In this document: in pieces, positions 36,589-44,338 of the stretch
Layout: every line of letters starts with the position of its first letter
How positions within the stretch are numbered: the first letter of the stretch is position 1
Assembly: GCA_021297895.1 (NCBI GenBank)
Contig: JAJTHN010000039.1
Location: forward strand, 13,090-77,089
DNA from: Phycisphaeraceae bacterium
GTDB lineage: Bacteria; Planctomycetota; Phycisphaerae; Phycisphaerales; UBA1924
Direction of reading: 5' to 3'
DNA length: 64,000 nucleotides
Notes under the pieces: model-generated
Seen by the model: the letters and a program-made list of their open reading frames with translations, nothing else
Databases searched by the model: none
What the model was told of the DNA's origin: nothing
Position numbers and translations under genes: made by a program

Positions 36589-37023
36589 ATGCGAAGCAAT
36601 CCGAAGGTGAACTACGAAGCGATGCTGCTGTTCGGCCAGTCGGCCGCGACCGACCTCAAGGGCGCGGTCGAGCACGTCAAGGAAGTGCTGACCAAGAACG
36701 GCGCGGAGATCATCGCGCTGAAGAAGTGGGCCGACCGCCCCCTGGCCTATCCGATCGCCAAGCAGAAGCGCGGCATCTACCTGCTGACGTACTTCAGCGC
36801 GACGACGGACAAGCTCGGCGCGATCGAGCGTGCGTTCAACCTCTCCGAGACCGTGCTGCGGCAGCTGATCATCCGCGTTGATCACCTCAGCGCCGAGGAG
36901 ATGCAGAACAACGAGGGCGTGATCGACCTGCTGGTCGAGGCGAACCTGCGTGCAGCATCGATGCCGACGCCCGCCCCGGCTCTGGCAGCGGCCCCGGCGC
37001 CCGCCGCGGCCCCGGTGCAGTAA
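36589..37023 (+). CDS. rpsF: 30S ribosomal protein S6
   Basis: YEAMLLFGQS...WADRPLAYPIAKQKRGIYLLTYF. AAAGGAAAG RBS. Confidence 0.9.
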   Translation: MRSNPKVNYEAMLLFGQSAATDLKGAVEHVKEVLTKNGAEIIALKKWADRPLAYPIAKQKRGIYLLTYFSATTDKLGAIERAFNLSETVLRQLIIRVDHLSAEEMQNNEGVIDLLVEANLRAASMPTPAPALAAAPAPAAAPVQ

Positions 37024-37115
37024 GTCGAAGTTCAGCCTCGAGGGCTGATCCTGCCGGGCTTGCCCGGTGTGGATAGCCTGTCGGTTGGACTCTGTAAGGA
37101 TTCGGTGTACACTTC

Positions 37116-37155
37116 ATCCGGGTCGTCCCGCAGGGCGGCCCGGATTTTCTTTTTG
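37116..37155 (+). terminator. Rho-independent terminator or attenuator between rpsF and ssb
   Basis: ATCCGGGTCGTCCC gca GGGCGGCCCGGAT (two G-U pairs) followed by TTTTCTTTTT. Confidence 0.7.
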
Positions 37156-37195
37156 CGCGAGGCGCAGAGGCTCGGTCCTCCACTGGAGAACGCTG

Positions 37196-37663
37196 ATGGC
37201 GAATTACAACAAGGTCATGCTGATGGGCAACCTCACCCGCGATCCGGAGGTTCGGTACAGCAGCAACAACAACGCGATCTGCAAGATCGGGCTCGCGGTG
37301 AATCGGCGGTACACGCTCGCGGACGGGACCAAGAAGGAAGAAGTCACGTTCGTGGACTGCGACGCGTTCGGCAAGACCGGCGAAGCGATCGGCAAGTACC
37401 TTTCCAAGGGCAAGCCCATTTTCATCGAGGGCCACCTGAAACTCGATGAATGGCAGGACAAGCAGACCAACGAGAAGCGGACGAAACTGAAGGTCGTCAT
37501 CGACACATTCCAGTTCATCGACTCCAAGGGCGGGCCTGGCGGCGGTGGCGGCGGTGGTGATGACGGTTTCCAGGAGAGCGCGCCGCCCGCTGGCCGCGTC
37601 GTGACGCGTGGGCCGGCGCAGCCGCAGGCACAGTCGATGAGCGAAGACGACATCCCGTTCTGA
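37196..37663 (+). CDS. ssb: Single-stranded DNA-binding protein
   Basis: MANYNKVMLMGNLTRDPEVRY (OB fold), a Gly-rich linker and the acidic tip DDIPF. GGAG RBS. The ORF track start at 37067 lies upstream of the terminator and is rejected. Confidence 0.95.
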   Translation: MANYNKVMLMGNLTRDPEVRYSSNNNAICKIGLAVNRRYTLADGTKKEEVTFVDCDAFGKTGEAIGKYLSKGKPIFIEGHLKLDEWQDKQTNEKRTKLKVVIDTFQFIDSKGGPGGGGGGGDDGFQESAPPAGRVVTRGPAQPQAQSMSEDDIPF

Positions 37664-37677
37664 TCACGCGGCGGTGT

Positions 37678-37695
37678 TTGGACCGAGCGGTCCAA
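37678..37695 (+). terminator. Hairpin after ssb (possible terminator)
   Basis: TTGGACC gagc GGTCCAA, 15 nt after the stop. No adjacent T-tract. Confidence 0.25.
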
Positions 37696-37976
37696 CACGG
37701 CGCGGTCGCTGCGGTCTACGCATCGGTCTGATCTGTTTTTGTAAGGAATAGGGCGAGCGGCCGCGCGGGCTTGATTGTCACGCACTTCGTGCGAACACTT
37801 TCCTTCCACTCCGGGGCACGGTCGGTGTCTCTGTCGATGGCCCATGGCCAGCGGCGGAACGCGGCTTTTCCGGGGCAAATCGTTGGGGCTTGGCGAGGAT
37901 CGAAGGTCGGTCGTCGCGGGGCTCCTAACTCTCGGGTGCCGGCTTAAGGCTTCGGCACCACGAAAGGACAGCAGAC

Positions 37977-38672
37977 ATGGCGAAGAACGTTGAACTGTTG
38001 CTGGTTGAGAACGTCGAGAACACGGGCATCGTGGGCGACGTGGTGAAGGTCCGCAAGGGCTTTGCTCGCAACTACCTGTTGCCGCGGAAGCTGGCGACGA
38101 CGCCGAGCGCGGAGCTGGTCAAGCAGCTCGCCGGCAAGCGTGCCGATGCTGAGCGAATGCTGGCCGAGCAGCGCAAGGAGCGCGAGGCGCTGATCCAGCG
38201 TCTGGCGGGTTTCGAGCTGTCGATGATCCGTTCGTGCAACGATCAGGGCATTCTGTACGGTGCGGTGACGCAGCACGAGATCGCGATGGCGCTCGACGCG
38301 GCGGGCTTCAAGGGCATTAAGGACCGCGAGGTTCGTATCGGCGGCTCGATCAAGCGTGTGGACTCCTATCCGATCACGGTGAAGTTCAACTCGGAACTGC
38401 AGACGGAAATCCGGCTGAAGATCCAGGCGGACCGCCCGCTGGAGATCAAGAAGAGCGACGAGTTGTCGGCTGAGTTCAAGGCCGCGGTCGAAGCCGAGGG
38501 CACTACGCCGAGCGAGAAGCGTCAGAAGGACAAGTCGGCCCGTGCGGATCAGGGCGGCGAGGCCAAGGCCCCCGCCGCGGAGCCGGAGGCCAAGGAGTCC
38601 AAGAAGGCGGACAAGGCTGAGAAGGCTCCCAAGGCCGAGAAGGCCGCCAAGGGCGACAAGGCCAAGAAGTAA
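37977..38672 (+). CDS. rplI: 50S ribosomal protein L9 with an ~80-aa Lys/Glu/Ala-rich C-terminal extension
   Basis: MAKNVELLLVENVENTGIVGDVVKVRKGFARNYLLPRKLA. The protein is 231 aa, versus the ~150 aa usual for L9. Confidence 0.9.
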   Translation: MAKNVELLLVENVENTGIVGDVVKVRKGFARNYLLPRKLATTPSAELVKQLAGKRADAERMLAEQRKEREALIQRLAGFELSMIRSCNDQGILYGAVTQHEIAMALDAAGFKGIKDREVRIGGSIKRVDSYPITVKFNSELQTEIRLKIQADRPLEIKKSDELSAEFKAAVEAEGTTPSEKRQKDKSARADQGGEAKAPAAEPEAKESKKADKAEKAPKAEKAAKGDKAKK

Positions 38673-38760
38673 TTCGGCAACCGCCGAGCCGGCTTGTGCG
38701 TCTTGGTCTCCTGCCGAATGGCGAGGGAGACGACTCCGGCAGCCGATCATGATCACCAAC

Positions 38761-38788
38761 AAAGCCCCGCCTCGTGCGGGGCTTTTTC
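38761..38788 (+). terminator. Rho-independent terminator after rplI
   Basis: AAA GCCCCGC ctcgt GCGGGGC TTTTT. Confidence 0.8.
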
Positions 38789-38816
38789 GTTCGCCTGCGG
38801 GCGGGTAGGATCCGGC

Positions 38817-39770
38817 GTGAGCGAACTTGGCCATACGCCGGTGCTGATGGGGGAGGTGCTGTCGGCGCTCGCGCCCAAAGTGGGAGAGGTGGCGGTCGAC
38901 TGCACGGCGGGGCATGGCGGGCACGCGGCCGCGGTGGCCTTGCGGCTGGGGCCAACGGGCACGATGGTGCTGCTGGATATGGACGGCGGGAACCTCGAGA
39001 TCGCTCGAGCGCGGGTGGAAGCGGTGTCGGACGGGCCGCGGGTGCTGGCGTTCCATGAGTCGTTCGCGGGTGTGGCGTCGCTGATGGATCGGCTGGAACT
39101 GCGTGCGGATGTCGTTCTGGCGGATCTTGGGTTCGCGTCTTCGCAGGTCGATGACGCATCGCGGGGGCTGAGTTTCAGCCGGGACGGACCGCTGGATATG
39201 CGGCTGAACCCCGCCGCGCCGGTGACGGCGGCGATGCTCGTCAACACCTCGGGCGAGGCTGAGCTTGAGCGGGTGATCCGCGAGTTTGGCGAGGAGCGAC
39301 TCAGCTGGGCGATTGCCCGAAAAATCGTCGCGGCACGACGCGAGGGGCCGATCCAGACGACCGGTCGGTTGGCGGAGGTCGTGCGGTCGGCGTTCCCGGC
39401 GGGCGCTCGGCACATGATGGGCATCGATCCGGCAACGCGGACGTTTCAGGCCCTGCGCATCGCGGTGAACGATGAGCTCGGGCACCTGGATGCGCTGCTG
39501 GATGCGATCGAGCGCGGGGCGAGGGTGGCCGCGACGGGGGCGGCGGGATCCGGGCGGGGCGGATGGCTCGCCGTTGGGGCACGCGTGGGCGTGATCACGT
39601 TCCACTCGCTCGAGGATCGCCCGGTCAAGCAGCGGCTGTCGGCGGGGGTTCGGGATGGGCTGCTGGCGTTCATCGGAGAGCAGCCCGCGTGCGCCAGCGA
39701 CGCCGAGGTTCTGGCCAACCCGCGATCGCGCTCGGCAAAGTTGCGGGCGGTTGTCGTTGGCTCGCTCTGA
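38817..39770 (+). CDS. rsmH: 16S rRNA (cytosine1402-N4)-methyltransferase RsmH/MraW
   Basis: HTPVLMGEVL, DCTAGHGGH, FSRDGPLDMRLNP and ITFHSLEDRPVK. GTG start downstream of the terminator, with an AGGA RBS. Confidence 0.9.
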   Translation: MSELGHTPVLMGEVLSALAPKVGEVAVDCTAGHGGHAAAVALRLGPTGTMVLLDMDGGNLEIARARVEAVSDGPRVLAFHESFAGVASLMDRLELRADVVLADLGFASSQVDDASRGLSFSRDGPLDMRLNPAAPVTAAMLVNTSGEAELERVIREFGEERLSWAIARKIVAARREGPIQTTGRLAEVVRSAFPAGARHMMGIDPATRTFQALRIAVNDELGHLDALLDAIERGARVAATGAAGSGRGGWLAVGARVGVITFHSLEDRPVKQRLSAGVRDGLLAFIGEQPACASDAEVLANPRSRSAKLRAVVVGSL

Positions 39771-39867
39771 AAGCGCGGGGAAAGTTGAAAACGACGGTCT
39801 CGTCGGCAACACTGGGGTGAACGCTTCATTTTGTACTCGGAAGCGTCGGCGAGCCGATGACGGACTC

Positions 39868-41418
39868 ATGGGCGAACGCGGTGACAGCCCGACGCTCTTT
39901 GACCACTCCGGTCGGCCCCCGAGCGAGGGGGTAGACGCGGATGCTGCGGCGGCCGAGGGGCCGAAGGCGGACGCCGCGGCGGCAGAGGGTGGAGATATTG
40001 AGCCATCCGCCGGTTCGGAGATTGGCGGTGCGGACGGGGTTGGGGACGTGACGGCGGTTGATGGTGATGCGGAGCGGACTGGTGAATCGGGAGGGCAGGG
40101 GATCGCTGACGGGAGTTTGCCGATCAGCGAAGCAGGTGCGGCGGGGGCGGACACAGGAAGGACCCAAGCGTCGGCGAGGCCGACGATCGAAGAAATGGTC
40201 GAGGTGAAGTCCGGTCAACGTGTGATTCGGGCGATCTCGGCGACACCCTCAAGTCAAGGACGACTCCAGGTGACCCGCGAAGTGAAGCTTGCTCTGATCG
40301 TGGCGTTTGCGCTCGTGCTGCTGGTGGCCGTGGTGATCGGTGACCACTTCTCCAAGGCGAGCCGGTCTCGCCTGGCGATGGACACCGGGACCGTTGCGCG
40401 CGACGTCGTGGAAGTGACTCCTGAACCGACGGTTGCCCCCGCTCCGCCGGCGGTTTCGCCGACGTCGACGATGGTGCCGCCGGGTCAGGAAGTGGTCGGT
40501 CAGCCCGCGCAGGCCGGCGGCGCGCCCGCCTTTGTGCAGGTCGATGGCATCGCCGGCAGCGGACAGGCCGCCCCGGGTGCGGGTCGAACGATTGCCGTTG
40601 GGCCGGACGGCGTGCCGGTGAGCGAGCACGCGGTGGATCTGAGCATGGGCGGTCAGTCGGGTTCGTCGAACGCGAATGGAACCTCGACGACGGGGTCGGG
40701 CCTGTCGCGCATTCTGGACCAGGACCTCTCCCGTGTGCCGCCGAGCACAACGATCGATACGCGCGACGTCAACGGCGGCGTGCCCGCCGATCCGAACGCG
40801 AATGGCGGCTCCGCCACTGGGGGCGGCGTGGTGGTGATCGGTCCGCGTGATCAGGTTCGAGAGTCCGGCCGAGATGCCACATCGCGGCCGCAGACGCCGG
40901 CTCCGGAGGCGGACAAGGCGCTGCCCCTGACCAGCGGCCGGCTGCTGGCCCATCCGGTCAAGGCGGGTGACACGCTGATCGCGATTGCTCGCCGGTACTA
41001 CGGCGATGAGAGCGTGGTCGAGCGTCTGGCGGCGTACAACAAGAACCGCGTCGGGCCGCGAAACAGCCTCCGGGTTGGTGTGACGCTCCGCATCCCGCCG
41101 AGGGATGTGCTCATGGGCCGCGCTCGCCTTGCGGATGATGCCTCGCCGAGCGTGATCCCCTCGGGTTCGCGGCGTGCGGAGAACTCGCCGACGAACACGG
41201 CCCGCGAGACCGCGACCGGGCGGACGACGCCGTCGTCGACATCGACGGCCTCCGCGACGACCTACACCGTCAAGGCCGGCGACACGCTCGGAACGATCGC
41301 CCGCGCGACGCTCGGCACGAGCAAGCGCTGGCGTGAGATCTTCGACGCCAACCGAACGACTTTGTCGGACGAGGACAGTCTGAAGGTCGGTATGAAGCTG
41401 AAGATCCCGGCCCGATAA
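39868..41418 (+). CDS. Membrane-anchored protein with two C-terminal LysM domains
   Basis: TM helix VKLALIVAFALVLLVAVVIG. LysM 1 is HPVKAGDTLIAIARRYYGD...LRIP. LysM 2 is YTVKAGDTLGTIARATLGTSKRWREIFDAN...LKIP. The start is uncertain (ORF open from 39655). Confidence 0.75.
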   Translation: MGERGDSPTLFDHSGRPPSEGVDADAAAAEGPKADAAAAEGGDIEPSAGSEIGGADGVGDVTAVDGDAERTGESGGQGIADGSLPISEAGAAGADTGRTQASARPTIEEMVEVKSGQRVIRAISATPSSQGRLQVTREVKLALIVAFALVLLVAVVIGDHFSKASRSRLAMDTGTVARDVVEVTPEPTVAPAPPAVSPTSTMVPPGQEVVGQPAQAGGAPAFVQVDGIAGSGQAAPGAGRTIAVGPDGVPVSEHAVDLSMGGQSGSSNANGTSTTGSGLSRILDQDLSRVPPSTTIDTRDVNGGVPADPNANGGSATGGGVVVIGPRDQVRESGRDATSRPQTPAPEADKALPLTSGRLLAHPVKAGDTLIAIARRYYGDESVVERLAAYNKNRVGPRNSLRVGVTLRIPPRDVLMGRARLADDASPSVIPSGSRRAENSPTNTARETATGRTTPSSTSTASATTYTVKAGDTLGTIARATLGTSKRWREIFDANRTTLSDEDSLKVGMKLKIPAR

Positions 41419-41599
41419 TCGATGGGCGCTGGCCCGCGAAGGTCACGCCGTCGACGAGCCATAACGAACACTCCCGGCCGGTCGGAAGCGACCGGTCCGG
41501 GGATTGACGGGCGCCGTCGGCAAGGTTTGCCACGGACAGGGCAGGAGTCGGAACTCCTGGCTGCGGAGATCGAGAAGGACCGCCGACGAGAGAAGCACC

Positions 41600-41998
41600 G
41601 TGCTCTGGAAAGTGTCGTTCCTGATTCTGTGCATCGGAGCGTGCGCAAGCATGCTGCTGACGCTGCGTCAACAGCGGCTGGAGGCGGTGCACCAGATGGC
41701 GATGATCCAGCGGCAGATCAGCGAGAAGGACGAGCAGCTCCTGAAGTTGCGGATCGAGATCGCCCACGGTGTTGCGCCGATGAGCGTGCAGACGCTTGCC
41801 GCGGCGCTGCCGGGCGAGCGGAGCCGGCTCGCGGCGATCGGGGTGGATCAGCCGCTGCCCAGGGGCGATGTTCCGGCAGGCCTGCCGGCGATCGCGGAAG
41901 ATCGCCGGAGCGAACCGGCGACAAGGGGGCGCACGCGGGTCGCTACCGAGGATCCCAGCACAACGCCAACCCCGTCGCGGACGGCATCGCGAGATTGA
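41600..41998 (+). CDS. ftsL: FtsL-like bitopic protein (TM + coiled coil)
   Basis: LWKVSFLILCIGACASMLLTL, then LRQQRLEAVHQMAMIQRQISEKDEQLLKLRIEIA. It sits between rsmH and ftsI. The start is uncertain (41504-41600). Confidence 0.5.
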   Translation: MLWKVSFLILCIGACASMLLTLRQQRLEAVHQMAMIQRQISEKDEQLLKLRIEIAHGVAPMSVQTLAAALPGERSRLAAIGVDQPLPRGDVPAGLPAIAEDRRSEPATRGRTRVATEDPSTTPTPSRTASRD

Positions 41999-42067
41999 TC
42001 GGTTCCGGCAGACGGTCAGGTCGGCATTGTGATCGAGAGCCAGAGTGGGGCGTGGGCGTCAGGGGCA

Positions 42068-44038
42068 ATGAAGATGAGCAAGAGCACGCGGGCCACTCCG
42101 GCAAGGCCGGGTGCGATAACGGATCGCTGGGCGCTGTTCGTTGTGGTGATGATGTCGCTGGTGCTGCTCGGGCTGGTCGCCCGGGTGGCGCAGTTGCAGG
42201 CCGCGCCGCCCGAGGGGCTTGTGCCGTTTTTGAGCGATCGCCAGAGCCGCGCCGACCTGCCCGGCAGGCGGGGCGACGTGCTGGATCGTCGTGGGCGTGT
42301 GCTCGCTGCGACTCGATTCGGCGTGCGCGTGTTCGTTGATCCTGAGGAATTCGCGGTCAAGGACAAGGAGCTGAATCTCGAGCGTCTGGCCCGGGTGCTC
42401 GGGCAGGATCGCGAGGCGGTGCAGGCCAAGGTCAGCGCCGCGATGATCGCAAACGAGAAGGCGAAGGAGCAGGCGCAGTCCACCGGCGAAAAGCCGCGGC
42501 TGGACCGTGTGATCTTCCTGACTCCCGATGTGATCGATGAGGCGACCGAGCAGGCCGTGCGCGACCTGCGTCTCCGCGGTGTTCACCTTGAGCGGCGCGA
42601 GGTTCGATCGGTCGTCGGCGGGCCGATCGCCGAGCGGCTCGTCGGCGTGGTGGGCTTCGAGGGTGCCGGGCTGACCGGTGCCGAGGCACGCTATGACGAG
42701 AAGCTGCAGGGAGAGGACGGCGAGTTCCGCTTTGTTCGAGACTCTCGCGGCAGGCCTCTCTGGGTGCCGCTCGGCGGCGTGACGCCCCCTTCGGCCGGTC
42801 GCGATGTGCGGCTGTCGTTCGACCTTGAGATTCAGCGGATCCTCGACGAAGAAGTCAATCGCGGCGTCATCGATGCCGACGCGCAGGGCGGCCGCGGTGT
42901 GATTCTGGACCTGGCGACCGGCGAGGTGCTGGCGATGTCGGACGTTCGCCGCACACTGCCGGATGTCGTGGAGTACGACTGGCTCACGGTGATCCCGAAG
43001 GACAAGGGCCTCGGCGGGCCGCGGTACCTGACGATCAAGCCCGACGAGAACGCGAGCAACCCGCGCAACCGTGTGGTCGAAGACGTCTACGAGCCCGGAT
43101 CGACATTCAAGTCGTTCATGTGGGCCGCGGCTCTGGAGGCGGGGGTCGTGCGTTTGGATGAGGTCTTCGACACGGGCGGCGGGCGCTGGACCACGCCGTA
43201 CGGCCGGCCCATCGCCGACGTGGTCCGTCGCGGCACCCAGAACTGGCGCGAGGTGCTCGTCAATTCGTCGAACATTGGCATGGTCAAGGGAACCAGCCGG
43301 CTGACGTTCGAGCAGATGCGCAACGCGGTGACAAAGTTCGGCTTCGGCTCGCGCACGGGCATCGGCCTCGGCGGCGAAACCGCCGGCATCGTCACGCCGA
43401 TGTCACGCTGGACCAAGTACACGCAGACATCCGTCGCCATCGGCCATGAGGTCGCCGTGACGCCGATCCAAATGGTGCGGGCGTTCGCGGCGGTGGCGCG
43501 GGGCGGCGAACTTGCGGGTTTGCTGCCCGACGTCACGCTCCTGGCCAAGGACCCGGGCGCGACGAGTGAAGCCGGCGCGAATGGCAAGATCACGCTCCTG
43601 CATCGCGTTCTGCGGGCCGATACCGCCGCGGCGACGCGCGAGACTCTCCGAGGCGTGACTCACAAGATGGACGAGAACCTCAAGAAGGCCACCGGCGAGG
43701 AAGGCTGGCGCTATGAACTTTTCGGCAAGTCCGGCACCGCGGAGATCCCGCTTGGCGAGCCGCCCAAGGGCAAGCGACGCCCGCGCGGGAGCGATGGTTA
43801 CTTCAAGGGGCAGTACAACTCCAGCTTCATCGCCGCGGGACCGTTCGAGCAGCCGAAGCTGGTGTGCCTGGTCATCATCGATGATCCCGGTCCGGAGCGC
43901 ATCGCCCGCAAGCAGCACTACGGCTCCTGGGTCGCCGGCCCCGTCGTGCGGCGGGTGATGGACCGTTCGCTGGCGTACCTCGGCGTTCCGGCGTCGGCCA
44001 AACCGACGGGTGACGGCGTTGGTCACGAGGGTGACTGA
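42068..44038 (+). CDS. ftsI: Class B penicillin-binding protein (FtsI/PBP3-type transpeptidase)
   Basis: N-terminal TM helix. Motifs SxxK (GSTFKS), SxN (SSNIG) and K[ST]G (KSGTAE). An alternative GTG start lies at 42029. Confidence 0.9.
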   Translation: MKMSKSTRATPARPGAITDRWALFVVVMMSLVLLGLVARVAQLQAAPPEGLVPFLSDRQSRADLPGRRGDVLDRRGRVLAATRFGVRVFVDPEEFAVKDKELNLERLARVLGQDREAVQAKVSAAMIANEKAKEQAQSTGEKPRLDRVIFLTPDVIDEATEQAVRDLRLRGVHLERREVRSVVGGPIAERLVGVVGFEGAGLTGAEARYDEKLQGEDGEFRFVRDSRGRPLWVPLGGVTPPSAGRDVRLSFDLEIQRILDEEVNRGVIDADAQGGRGVILDLATGEVLAMSDVRRTLPDVVEYDWLTVIPKDKGLGGPRYLTIKPDENASNPRNRVVEDVYEPGSTFKSFMWAAALEAGVVRLDEVFDTGGGRWTTPYGRPIADVVRRGTQNWREVLVNSSNIGMVKGTSRLTFEQMRNAVTKFGFGSRTGIGLGGETAGIVTPMSRWTKYTQTSVAIGHEVAVTPIQMVRAFAAVARGGELAGLLPDVTLLAKDPGATSEAGANGKITLLHRVLRADTAAATRETLRGVTHKMDENLKKATGEEGWRYELFGKSGTAEIPLGEPPKGKRRPRGSDGYFKGQYNSSFIAAGPFEQPKLVCLVIIDDPGPERIARKQHYGSWVAGPVVRRVMDRSLAYLGVPASAKPTGDGVGHEGD

Positions 44039-44338
44039 TCAGCCCATGGCGACGCGGCGGGACGTTCTGCCTGCTGCACGCCCGCTCCGAAGAGGATGAC
44101 GGAGGCCGCGGACTTATCTGCGGCAGCGCCGCCCCAAGCCCCGCCCAGCACGTTGTGTAGTACCGTCTTCGTGGAGCTACCTCCGGGGTACCCCAATAGG
44201 CTGTATACACGTGAATGCGCTGGTCTGCTCTAATTTCTGGGTTCAGATTGGCCTCGGGTTCGGGTCTGTAGTACCCTCCTTGCCAGAGATGATCCGCGCG
44301 CTGCGCGGTTGTGTTCGCACTGCGTTTGGGAGATCGAC

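Noticed and set aside
41422-42339. 305-aa ORF in an alternative frame across the ftsL-like gene and the ftsI start.
   Set aside because: The translation is Arg/Gly/Ala/Asp-rich and featureless. The competing frame gives a TM helix plus coiled coil in the expected ftsL position, and ftsI motifs follow in their own frame.
44156-44275. Direct repeat TGTAGTACC (44156-44164 and 44267-44275) upstream of the GH13 gene, considered as a regulator-binding site.
   Set aside because: A single 9-mer repeated within ~300 nt has a non-negligible chance probability (order 0.1-0.2). It has no dyad symmetry or third copy.
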